Of a stretch of DNA of 64,000 nucleotides, positions 26,421 through 37,005 are shown piece by piece. The position numbers and the translations under genes are program-made. Numbering within the stretch: the first letter of the stretch is position 1; every line of letters begins with the position of its first letter. Source of the stretch: Macrostomum lignano (taxonomy: Eukaryota); the NCBI GenBank assembly GCA_002269645.1, contig NIVC01002485.1, positions 105,108 to 169,107 of the forward strand. The letters are read 5' to 3'. The notes beneath the pieces are model-generated. The model was not told the DNA's origin and made no database searches. It saw only the letters and a program-made list of their open reading frames with translations.

Positions 26421-27157
26421 ATACAGTAGCCAACCAAGCAAAACAGGCAACTGTCACAGCGGACAATCGTGCTCAGTCAATTCTCGCGCAAAAACCGATA
26501 CCAATACTCATTTTGTTCTACTAGAAGTAGGTAACTTAAAAAAAATAGTGAAGTTTTTTGCGTTTAGAGTTTTAACTGTATAAGTTTCATTTTAATATGA
26601 GCTGGATTGATAAAAAATGAGAATTTTTGACTGGATATTTTCGTCCGTTCTATAAAATAGTTTACCAGACTATTAGTGATAGAATAATTTGTAGTGAAAT
26701 TTGGCTCTCTGCAACTCTCTGATCAAATGGTTGGGCATCGATTTCGACTTGGCCAAACGACTTGCTTCATCATCATTGCTGAGAGATAAAAAATAGCCGG
26801 GACAGCCTATCTGGAGCTTTGCCCAGCCGAAATGACCTGCCCCAATGCCCCCTGAATCGGGTGAGATCGGTCAAGCGAGTCGAGTCCGAGACTTCTCCCG
26901 AGCACAGTCGGCATGAGGTCGTTTTCTTCCTCAGAAAGAAAGAACTTCCCCCCTAGGCAATCCTGCCCAGTTTCCTGTGGCAGTGAAATCTCATTTCCGA
27001 CTGCTCCGGCTTTGCTCATCCTTGAGTCCGTTGTCGCAACTGCTGCGGCTGAGGTCAGAATTTTCGCGAGCAGCAGAATTTAAATTGATGGAAGCAGCGG
27101 CTTAAGTTTTACTGTCGTGTCTCAGGCTTATTAGGTAATTTGTACGCGAGCTTCACG

Positions 27158-27800
27158 AGGCTGTGGTTTGGTTGAGGCTGTGGTTGAGACTGTGGTTGAG
27201 ACTGTGGATGAGGCTGTGGTTGAGGCTGTGGTTGAGGCTGTGGTTGAGACTGTGGTTGAGGCTGTGGTTGAGGCTGTGGTTTAGGCTGTGGTTGAGGCTG
27301 TGGTTGAGGCTGTGGATGAGGCTGTGGTTGAGGCTGTGGTTGAGGCTGTGGTTGAGGCTGTGGTTGAGGCTGTGGTTGAGACTGTGGTTGAGACTGTGGT
27401 TGAGACTGTGGTTGAGGCTGTGGTTGAGACTGTGGATGAGGCTGTGGTTGAGGCTGTGGTTGAGGCTGTGGTTGAGACTGTGGTTGAGGCTGTGGTTGAG
27501 GCTGTGGTTGAGGCTGTGGTTGAGGCTGTGGTTGAGGCTGTGGATGAGGCTGTGGTTGAGGCTGTGGTTGAGGCTGTGGTTGAGGCTGTGGTTGAGGCTG
27601 TGGTTGAGACTGTGGTTGAGACTGTGGTTGAGACTGTGGTTGAGGCTGTGGTTGAGACTGTGGTTGAGGCTGTGGATGAGGGTTTGGTGTGGTTGAGAAT
27701 GCAGTGTGGTTGAGGCTGCGGTGTAATTGAAGATGTGGTGTAATTGAAGCTGTGGTGTAATTGAAGCTGTGGTGTAATTGAAGCTGTGGTTGAGGCTGAG
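27158..27800. repeat. Minisatellite, 12-bp unit GAGGCTGTGGTT
   Basis: Source of the poly-QP/LRLW/VEAV ORFs. Confidence 0.95.
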
Positions 27801-27826
27801 GCCGCAGAGAGCATGTGGGCACTCAC

Positions 27827-28037
27827 GAGCAGAGCTTCTGCTTGATCTTGCGCTCCATGAAGAGCAGCATGGCGGCCTTGTCGGTGCGAATTCCCAGCGT
27901 GTCCTCCGACTGGTCATTAAGCGCGCTCTCGATATCCCTGTTGGCCGTTTTGATGGTGCTAGAGAATGAGTGCAGCCTGGCGCACGCCTTGGCCTCCTCT
28001 TGAAACTTTTCGAGGCAGCCGATGCTCTCTCCGAACA
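27827..28037 (-). CDS. Internal exon of the Cys-rich extracellular protein
   Basis: CAG|TG...CTC|GTGAGT; reads LFGESIGCLEKFQEEAKACARLHSF...KQKLCS; phase-compatible on both sides. Confidence 0.7.
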
Positions 28038-28131
28038 CTGGCACAGGTATTTAAGTAGGTGCGAGCTGGTTGCATTCGTATGAAACATCATGAAAGTGTG
28101 CGGAAACATGAAATACTAACAAATAACTCAC

Positions 28132-28286
28132 ACTGAATGTTGCCCTCCTGACAGATGAAATCAGCCGCTCGTTCGTATCTTTTATAGTCCAGCACAGTTT
28201 GAATGGTGAGAAAGTCCATCTTTTCCGCGCATCTCTGGTTGATCAAGTCGTGCAGGCACTTCAACAGTTTCACATGGCTTCGCAGT
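28132..28286 (-). CDS. Internal exon of the Cys-rich extracellular protein
   Basis: TTTTTTAG|A...CAGT|GTGAGT; reads LRSHVKLLKCLHDLINQRC...DFICQEGNIQ; 94-bp intron to the next exon. Confidence 0.7.
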
Positions 28287-28609
28287 CTAAAAAAGATTTT
28301 TTAGTAGAAATAATGACAGTTTACATTGTACTTGCATAAATAATGTCCTGTTAGCCGCACCTGCACATGTCTTTCAGGCTAAAAGTCAGATTCCAGCCAA
28401 AATTGTAGGAATTATCGAATAGATTAGCTCCTTGGTAGCGGCGGCTGCACTCGCTCCAGTAGCTGCCGATTTCGCACGATGCTGCACTGGTTGGGACCAT
28501 AAAAGAAAGGCAGCCTGAAAGTTATGGGCTATTGTTGTAAGATTGGACTAGTTTTTTGTTAAGAAGTAACGGACTGTTTAAGCCTAAAAGCATCTGCTCT
28601 TTCCCTGAC

Positions 28610-29015
28610 CCTACTCGCTCACTGATTGGCTACCCATCGAGTGGGGAAACCCACTGAGCTAATTGGCTGGAGCTTGAATGCTGCAACCCTATCTGCCCGC
28701 AATGTATTTTCGTTTCCTGCTCGCTCGCTAATTGGCTGGAGCTTAAATACTGTAACCCTAACTGCTCGCAATATATTTTCGTCCCCTGCTCGCTCGCTGA
28801 TTGGCTAGAGCTTGAATGCTGCAACCCTAACAGCTCGCAATGTATTTTCGTCCCCTGCTCGCTCGCTGATTGGCTGGAGCTTGAATGCTGCAACCCTAAC
28901 TGCTCGCAATGTGTTTACATCCCCTGCTCGCTCGCTGATTGGCTGGAGCTTGGATGCTGCAACCTCAACTGCTCGCAATATATTTTCGCCCCCCTGCTCG
29001 CTCGCAGATTGGTTC
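28610..29015. repeat. 69-bp tandem repeat, 5-6 copies, each with ATTGG
   Basis: Unit CCCCTGCTCGCTCGCTGATTGGCTGGAGCTTGAATGCTGCAACCC... Confidence 0.88.
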
Positions 29016-29804
29016 GAGTTTGAATATTGCAGTACATATTATTTTTTTTCTAATAATAATAAGCTGCATAAATTCACTACTTTTAATATTCTGGCAATGA
29101 ATTACTTGCTATAATTGGCCAAGGCAGTACGGAATAAATAGAAAAAGGATACTATATCCAGCCCCAATTCACTGACTCTGATAAATAATTCTCCCCAGAA
29201 TTTTATTAACTAAACAGCCGATGCAAATTTCAATTCTTTTGCTTCTACGCTCGTAGAGATGCGCCGGCAAGAGTCAGCAGGAAAGAGTGCGAATTTTGGT
29301 GAATAGAAAATTACGCGCTTAGCGGGGCAGAGATAAGCTCCACCGCCACTCAGCAGCTCTGCCTCTCTCTGTCACGCCCAACTGTAAGGTATGTCAGAGG
29401 GGGATACGGGGAATAAGGGGAGCTGTCACGGAGTTTAGCAGGAGGCCAAGAGGGCCAAATGGGTGCAGAGAGGCGGCAGGGCCCGTGTCACCCTGCGACT
29501 AATTAATACTTCCTGCAGCGAGGTCGCCCGCGCAGCTTGCGCTCCCGCCTCTGCCTCTGCCTGTGTCGAAGTCGCCTTGTTCTGCCGACTAAGCCCGCCT
29601 CTTTAAACTAAATAGAAGTACGAAGCGATCTTAAAATTTCTAGTTGTAGTCAGATTAAACAGTGAAGGCAAAGTTCACCTTGAGAACATGCTTTTCTGGC
29701 TTATTAAAGTCAACGATGAATAATGATAGATAAGTGAGAGATCCACTGCCAGCCAGGGTTCAAACAATTGCACTGACTGAGCACACAAAGGAGAGGTCGT
29801 TATA

Positions 29805-31090
29805 TGGTTGAGGCTATAGTGTGGTTGAGGCTGTTGTGTGGTTGAGGCTGTGGTGTGATTGAGGCTGTGGTGTGGTTGAGGCTGTGGTGTGGTTGAGGCT
29901 GTTGTGTGGTTGAGGCTGTTGTGTGGTTGAGGCTGTGGTGTGGTTGATGCTGTGGTGTGCTTGAGGCTGTGGTGTGGTTGAGGCTGTGGTGTGGTTGAGG
30001 CTGTTGTGTGGTTGAGGCTGTTGTGTGGTTGAGGCTGTGGTGTGGTTGATGCTGTGGTGTGGTTGAGGCTGTTGTGTGGTTGAGGCTGTGGTGTGGTTGA
30101 GGCTGTGGTGTGGTTGAGGCTGTGGTGTGGTTGAGGCTGTGGTGTGGTTGAGGCTGTGGTGTGGTTGAGGCTGTTGTGTGGTTGAGGCTGTGGTGTGGTT
30201 GATGCTGTGGTGTGATTGAGGCTGTAGTGTGGTTGAGGCTGTGGTGTGGTTGAGGCTGTGGTGTGGTTGAGGCTGTGGTGTGGTTGAGGCTGTGGTGTGG
30301 TTGAGGCTGTGGTGTGATTGAGGCTGTGGTGTGGTTGAGGCTGTGGTGTGGTTGAGGCTGTGGTGTGGTTGAGGCTGTGGTGTGGTTGATGCTGTGGTGT
30401 GATTGAGGCTGTGGTGTGGTTGAGGCTGTGGTGTGGTTGAGGCTGTGGTGTGATTGAGGCTGTGGTGTGGTTGAGGCTGTGGTGTGGTTGAGGCTGTGGT
30501 GTGGTTGAGGCTGTTGTGTGGTTGAGGCTGTGGTGTGGTTGAGGCTGTGGTGTGGTTGAGGCTGTGGTGTGGTTGAGGCTGTGGTGTGGTTGAGGCTGTT
30601 GTGTGGTTGAGGCTGTTGTGTGGTTGAGGCTGTGGTGTGGTTGAGGCCGTGGTGTGATTGAGGCTGTGGTGTGGTTGAGGCTGTGGTTGAGGCTGTTGTT
30701 TAGGCTGTGGTTGAGGCTGTGGATGAGGCTGTGGATGAGACTGTGGTTGAGGCTGTGGTTGAGGCTGTGGTTGAGGCTGTGGTTGAGGCTGTGGTTGAGG
30801 CTGTGGTTGAGGCTGTGGTTGAGGCTGTGGTTGAGGCTGTGGTTGAGGCTGTGGTTGAGGCTGTGGTTGAGGCTGTGGTTGAGGCTGTGGTTGAGGCTGT
30901 GGTTGAGGCTGTGGTTGAGGCTGTTGTTGAGGCTGTGGTTGAGGCTGTGGTTGAGGCTGTGGTTGAGGCTGTGGTTGAGGCTGTGGTTGAGGCTGTGGTT
31001 GAGGCTGTGGTTGAGGCTGTGGTTGAGGCTGTGGTTGAGGCTGTGGTTGAGGCTGTGGTTGAGGCTGTGGTTGAGGCTGTGGTTGAGGCC
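29805..31090. repeat. Minisatellite, 17-bp GAGGCTGTGGTGTGGTT followed by 12-bp GAGGCTGTGGTT
   Basis: Unit changes near 30675; related to the 27158-27800 array. Confidence 0.95.
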
Positions 31091-31689
31091 CAGTGAACAA
31101 ATGACAGGCATAGGGTATCTGGGAGGACTGATCGACAGACTAGCCACGGAATGACTGTACAATTACTGTTCTACCATTGTACTAATACTTTCAGTTTTAA
31201 AGAAAATAATTTCAGAACAGGTAAAAGCTTTACAGCTAGGAGGCTTTATTAGGAGCCGGGGCTGGCGGAAGCAGCAATCAGGACAAACATGTTGCAATAG
31301 TTTTAGTTAAAAATTCAACAGCTTCTTGTAACTTCGCTTGTAGGCGACGTTTAAGCAGAGAAATTTCGATGCAGGCGTTCCAGCTTCCCTAATTCTTGCC
31401 GCACAGCAATAGCGGAGAGATTAAAGCTGATTCCCTCCAAGCAATGCAGGAGCGCAAAGTCCCGGATTTGGGCGGCTTCCACCGTCGCCTCTGCATGCGG
31501 GACAAAAACTGTCAGACAGGAAACTGACAGACAGGCTCTGTTCCCCTTATCAATCTGCTGCCATCTGGCGGCCCCCGCCTGTTTTATTTAAATCAAAATT
31601 GCTGACTGCTTCACTGTGCTGACTCTATCTAGTGGAATGTGTCAGTTTGATGTCATCTTTTGTCATCAGTGTCTTTGACACCGCCTGTC

Positions 31690-32345
31690 ATGTCTTCTCT
31701 ACCCTCTGCCATCACCTACCTTGCCTTCTCTACTCCTTCTGCTATCATCTACCCTGCCTTCTCTACCCCTCTGCCATCATCTACCCTACCTTATCTACCC
31801 CTTCTGCCATCATCTACCTTGACTTCTCTACCCCTCTGCCATCATCTACCTTGCCTTCTCTACTCATTCTGCTATCACCTACCCTGCCTTCTCTACCCCT
31901 TCTGCCATGATCTACCCTGCCTTCTCTACCCCTCTGTCATCATCTACCCTGCCTTCTCTACCCCTCCGCCTCCATCTACCCTGCCTTCTCTACCCTCTGC
32001 CATCATCTACCCTGCCTTCTCTACCCCTCTGCCATCATCTACCCTGCCTTCTCTACCCCTCCGCCTCCATCTACCCTGCCTTCTCTACCCCTCTGCCATC
32101 ATCTACCCTGCCTTCTCTACCCCTCCGCCTCCATCTACCCTGCCTTCTCTACCCCTCTGCCATCATCTACCCTGCCTTCTCTACCCCTCTGCCATAATCT
32201 ATCTTGCCTTCTCTACCCTCCGCCTCCATCTACATTTTCTCTACCCCTCTAGCCATCAGCTACCCATACCTTCTCTACCCCTATAGCCATCAGCTACCCA
32301 TACCTTCTCTACCCCTATAGCCATCAGCTACCCATGCCTTCTCTA
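31690..32345. repeat. Minisatellite, about 32-bp unit CCATCATCTACCCTGCCTTCTCTACCCCTCTG
   Basis: Tandem pyrimidine-rich units. Confidence 0.9.
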
Positions 32346-34299
32346 CCTCTCCCATCTTTCCCAATAAATCTGGTTTGCCCCTCTTCCTCTAATCTCTGAC
32401 TTCCTCTCCTATTCTCTCATTGAGTCTCGCCCTCGATATCCCAAAATCGGACTCCACTTCTCCATCCAATCCCTCCCAAAAAGTGACCCCGCAGCGCAGC
32501 CCTCCTCCTCATTCCCCAGTCTCCTAAGCTGTCGCCGCATCAAATTGAGTTTCTGTTCGCGCGATCTCGGCGGCTCCCTCCCCAAACAGCAGCAGCAGCT
32601 TCTTAATTGGTGACTAACCCCCTGCACCGGCGCCCTCAGGACTAATTCCTTGGGGGGCTTGTCTGGTCCTGAGTTCCCCATCTGCGACAAGTGGTCTCAA
32701 AGCGTCCTCTTGCTGCAACTCTTAATTCCCAGCAGCTGCCTCTGCCGTCCCCACTTTTCCCATCTCTCTCTCTCCTAGTTCCCACCCTCTCTTGCGGATC
32801 CCCAACCCATTGGGAGCTAAATGAGGCGATGAAGTTTAATTGACCAGGGCCGGCTGAAGTCTGGGCAACCCCCCTCCCCCTCCTTGGGCCCCACTACTCC
32901 TCCTCGGGCTCATTTTGTTTTTATGGCCAGAGCGGAAAAGAATCGATTTAACTTTTTGAACAGAAATCCGAGCGGTTGAAGCAGACAGACAGGCCAGGGC
33001 TGAAAAAGTTGCGAAATAGAATGAAAAAATCTGCTTTCCACTGCAGAAGCTTCTAAACCGAAACTGCCTGCTCAACAAGGGATAAAATCCCACTGCAGAG
33101 ATAAGGGCACAGCGCGACGGGAAAAACACAGAGAAAAGCGAGCGTGCAAGATAAGATGGAACGAGAAGGAGGCGCTGCTTTTAAAAGCGACCAGGCCCAA
33201 GTCAGGCAAAGTCAAGGCCGGAGCAAAGGAATGATACTGTGAAAAGTTAAAGAGGAGGGGCCTCTTTGTATGACGCGACGCGTGCAGCGCCGCTCTCCAA
33301 TTCTGAAAGCCACTCTCCGCCTTTAAAAAGCCAGGGAGATGGGGGGAGGTGTTTCTTGCTGCATTTCTTCTTCTGCTGGCTCCTATAGAAAAGTACCGCG
33401 GCCTTCCTCCTCCGAAATCCGATCCCAGCCTGGCGGGCTCGGAGTGATGGAGCTCCCAGCCTCCCGGGTGGCGATAAAAAGCAGTTGGGGGGGATCGGGA
33501 TGGGGTGAAACACTGACGACTGAAAGCAGATCAGCGGCCCTCATTAGCACTTAGCTGCCACCACCGTTTTTCTTCCTCTTGCTCCTATTCTGGGCTTGCG
33601 TCTCAGCTTTCTCCGGCTCGACAACGACCTGAGACAGCTGACTGGGGCGGAGGGAGAATTCAAGAAGAAGAAGGACTGGGACACTGGATGGCCAGAGCAC
33701 TTTCAAATCCGATTCTCAATACAAAGCTGGCGCACGCCAGTCGGAAACATGTCCAATAGAATTTCACAGTCCATCGCTCACAGCTTGAGGACAAGGCGGC
33801 AGATCTCGTCTCTGATGCTCTCTATCTCATTTCTGTCGCAGCTCCATCGGACCGCATTGATCAGCTTGCAATTCCTTTTGTGTAGCAGGCAGAAGTTCAG
33901 ACGGGGTTGGGATTAGTTCTTTGATTTCCGTTCATGTCCCCTCGAAAATCGAAATCGAAAACGTTTCGAGCGTCTTGGAACTTTGCAGCAACTATGCGCT
34001 TGTTGTGTTCTTGTCGGGTGTTCGAGAGCTCTGATGAAATCCGGCTGACGGTTTCCTGGAAAATTCCGATCAGCGCGCACGCACAAGGCTGGCGGAGGTT
34101 TGACACAACTTCGCTTTCGGCAGGGACTATTGGGGCGGGTATGTTATTAACCTCAAATGCTTGGTTTTAAATGCCAGAGGCTTCAGCTCAAACATTTGTC
34201 TTTCTCTCGTCTCTGCAGATATCGGCTCTTTCTGTTCAATGCAATTCTCTCGCTTTTTCTTGCTCTCTCCTTCAGTATCTCACTGTGTCTCTTTCAGTG

Positions 34300-34580
34300 T
34301 CTCGCCCTCTACCTCTCTTAATATCTCACCCTGTCTCTCTCCGTATCCCACCCTGTCTCTCTCCGTATCTCACCCTGCCTCTCTCAATACCTTACTCTGT
34401 CTCTCTTAGTATCTCATCATGTCTCTCTCAGTATCTCACCCTGTCTCTCTCAGAGTATTTCAGCCTGTCTCTCTCAGTATCTCACCTTGCCTCTCTCTCA
34501 GTATCTCACCCTGTCTCTCTCTCAGTACCTCACCCTGTCTCTCTCAGAGCATCTCAGCCTGTCTCTCAGTATCCCACCTC
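34300..34580. repeat. Left part of the CTCTCTCAGTATCTCACCCTG minisatellite interrupted by the Polinton
   Basis: The same unit resumes at 45743. Confidence 0.88.
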
Positions 34581-35118
34581 AGTAGTAGGAAAGTGGTACC
34601 CTCTACCGCCATCGCACGGGATTGGCCGGGGCACCCGGCCAATGAGGGGAGAGGGCGCCCGAAGACGCCCACCCCGACGCCAAACCCACCCCGACCCCCA
34701 AACCCACCCCGACCCCAAACCCACCCCGACCCCAAACCCACCACCGCCACGCACCCACCACCGACCCAAACCGGCCCCCCCCAAAGATGCCCACCCCGAC
34801 CCCAAACCGGGCCCCCCAAAGATGCCCACCCCGACCCCAAACCGGGCCCCCCAAAGATGCCCACCCCGACCCCAAACCCAACACCGCCACGCACCACCCC
34901 CGACCCCAGACCCAACACCGCCACGCACCACCCCCGACCCAAACCGGGCCCCCCCAAAGATGCCCACCCCGACCCCAAACCGGGCCCGCCAAAGACGCCC
35001 ACCCCGACTCCAAACCCACCACCGCCGCACCTACCTCCGACCCCAAACCGGGCCCCTCAAAGACGCCCACCCCGACCTCAAACCGGGCCCCCTCCTGTCC
35101 TGCACCCCATCCCATACC
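34581..35118 (+). repeat. Left terminal inverted repeat, about 540 bp
   Basis: Reverse complement of 45314-45742 apart from internal repeat copy numbers and a few point differences. Confidence 0.92.
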
Positions 35119-35599
35119 GGAGGCAGGAGAAAGGGGTCAGGTAAGCCTAGGTTGGGGTCGGACAAGCCCAGGAGTGGGGTCGGGCAAGCCCAGGAGTGGG
35201 GTCGGGAAGGCCGGTCGAGCAGGCCAGATGAGGGGTTGGGCAGCTGAGTGTCTGGGTGAGTGTCCAAGGGTGAGTTAAGTGAGTGTCCAACGGTGGGTAT
35301 CGAGAAGTGAATGAGTGTCCATTGGTGAGTGTCCTCTATCGCGTGTGGTGACACGCAAGACAGAGTTTCAATGTGATCTTAACGGGTAGAGGGTCCGATT
35401 GCTTGGAATTTCCGAGTAGAGAGGGGAAGGGATTCTATTGGTCGAGCAAGCATTTGAAGTGATTTCCGAGTATAATGTGGGGAAAGAATTCTATTGGTCG
35501 ATAGGTCCCTGGCGAACGATTTGGTTTGGACCCTGCGTGAGAAGGGCTCCAGTACACTTTATAAATAAAGCACCTCGGCCCTATAGATTTTTTATTTTA

Positions 35600-35606
35600 T
35601 ATAAAA
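35600..35606 (+). promoter_or_regulatory. TATA box (TATAAAA) of the pPolB gene, with duplicated ATTGG boxes upstream
   Basis: 51 bp before ATG 35651; ATTGG at 35437 and 35493 within a duplicated ~40-bp segment; AT-rich context lowers specificity. Confidence 0.55.
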
Positions 35607-35650
35607 TTGCGTTAATTAAGTTACAATAAATAAAATACCTTACAACAAAA

Positions 35651-36420
35651 ATGCAAATAACTTGTGACTTCTGCGAGTCATCAGTAATCGGGGGCATTGA
35701 GAAGCACTATGCGGTATGCCCTGCGATACCAGCACTGTTTGAGTCAGATGAATCCCCAATGATTCATTTTCAACTGATCAAGGAGGCGTTTAATGGCAGG
35801 TCCCGACTTTACCGGGCCAGTGCATGCGGAGACCCGAGGAATGTGTTGGAAAGCACTCGTCAAGCTTTCATTGACTTAATCACCCAGCATCAACGTGAGC
35901 CAGGAACCGCCATCAAGGTTCAGCTGCGCCTCGGGGTCCTGATGCAGCGCATCATTAATGGCCGCTGCGCCGCCGAGAACACCGCCTGGTTTGCTGCCAA
36001 GGTCCACTCTCTTATTCGGAGTGAGGAGGAGCAATACTTCTCTGACGATATACAGACTATACTCAACCGGATAGAGAAGTACCTACGCAATGGCAGTGGC
36101 TGGGTAATCAGGACCACTCGGTGTGTTGACGTGTCGACCGCTGTTTATTATCTACCGCATGGAGCGTCGTGCAAAAGGCCAAGAATGAGTTCAAGAAAGA
36201 CAACGGGCCGCTAAACAACTCCCTGTAGACCCTAGAGAATGTTCGCAAGAAAGTGAGCTACCGACTGGTCAATTCAAAGCCTGTGGCCAAGTCAGCGTTC
36301 CGCGACCAGAAGATTTTCAACGGGGATTTTGTTCTGGTGCACGTTCTCAAGATGACAAGCCAGTGTCGGCCAGTGCGATCTGCATGGACACTAGCAAGCT
36401 CTTTTTCTCACAATAACATT
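35651..36420 (+). pseudogene. Protein-primed DNA polymerase B remnant: intact N-terminal 187-aa ORF joined to a degenerate motif-B fragment
   Basis: N-part has CxxC..HxxxC and EKYLRNGSGW..Y.P.GAS. From 36172 another frame reads QKAKNEFKKDNGPLNNSL*TLENVRKKV..KIFNGDFVLVH, then DKPVSASAICMDTSKL (compare [29 protein letters not shown] and KPIYVG..ILDLSK). Exonuclease, motif A and motif C are missing. Confidence 0.88.
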
Positions 36421-37005
36421 CTTTTCACATATATTTAATTTTTAACTATATGCATGTAAATTTAATACGAACATAATATAGTCTGAATAATAATAAATAC
36501 ATCCTTTACTTAATGATATTTGATAAACTGCAGGAGAGAAAAATGTTCTTTCACATTATTATTTTTACCATAATGGGTTATTTTTTGTGCACATCTCTGG
36601 GTTAAAATTCTCATTGAAATGTATGTATTTTGTACACGAGTATGTAAGTTTTCGTGCACAGTGATGAAAAATACGCAATATGACGTGACTTTTTTGACAA
36701 CATGCGTCAATTTTCATGCACAGGTTCGGGTACAAATCCCTATTGAAATACATGTATTTTGTGCACAAGTATGCAAGTTTTCGTGCACAGTGTTAAAAAG
36801 TATGCAAAGTGTCGAGGTTTTTTGTGCACACATTCGGGTAAAAATTCCCATCGAAATGTATGTATTTTGTGCAAACATGCATGCTTTTTCGTGCACAACA
36901 GAGGCTAGAAACGCTAAATCCGCAGAAACTGGTGGGGTGGGCAGTTTTTTTTTTCAAGCCGGGTGTTTGGCATAAGAAAATGATAGGTACTAGAAATTCG
37001 GTAAA

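Noticed and set aside
33720-33870. Possible upstream exon of the Cys-rich gene (NCKLINAVRWSC...ICRLVLK, donor GTGAGC in a compatible phase)
   Set aside because: Weak acceptor and an in-frame stop just upstream; not supportable without transcripts.
34171-35354. Pro/Gly-rich ORFs across the left TIR (and 45107-46177 on the right)
   Set aside because: By-products of GC-skewed TIR repeats and the flanking minisatellite.
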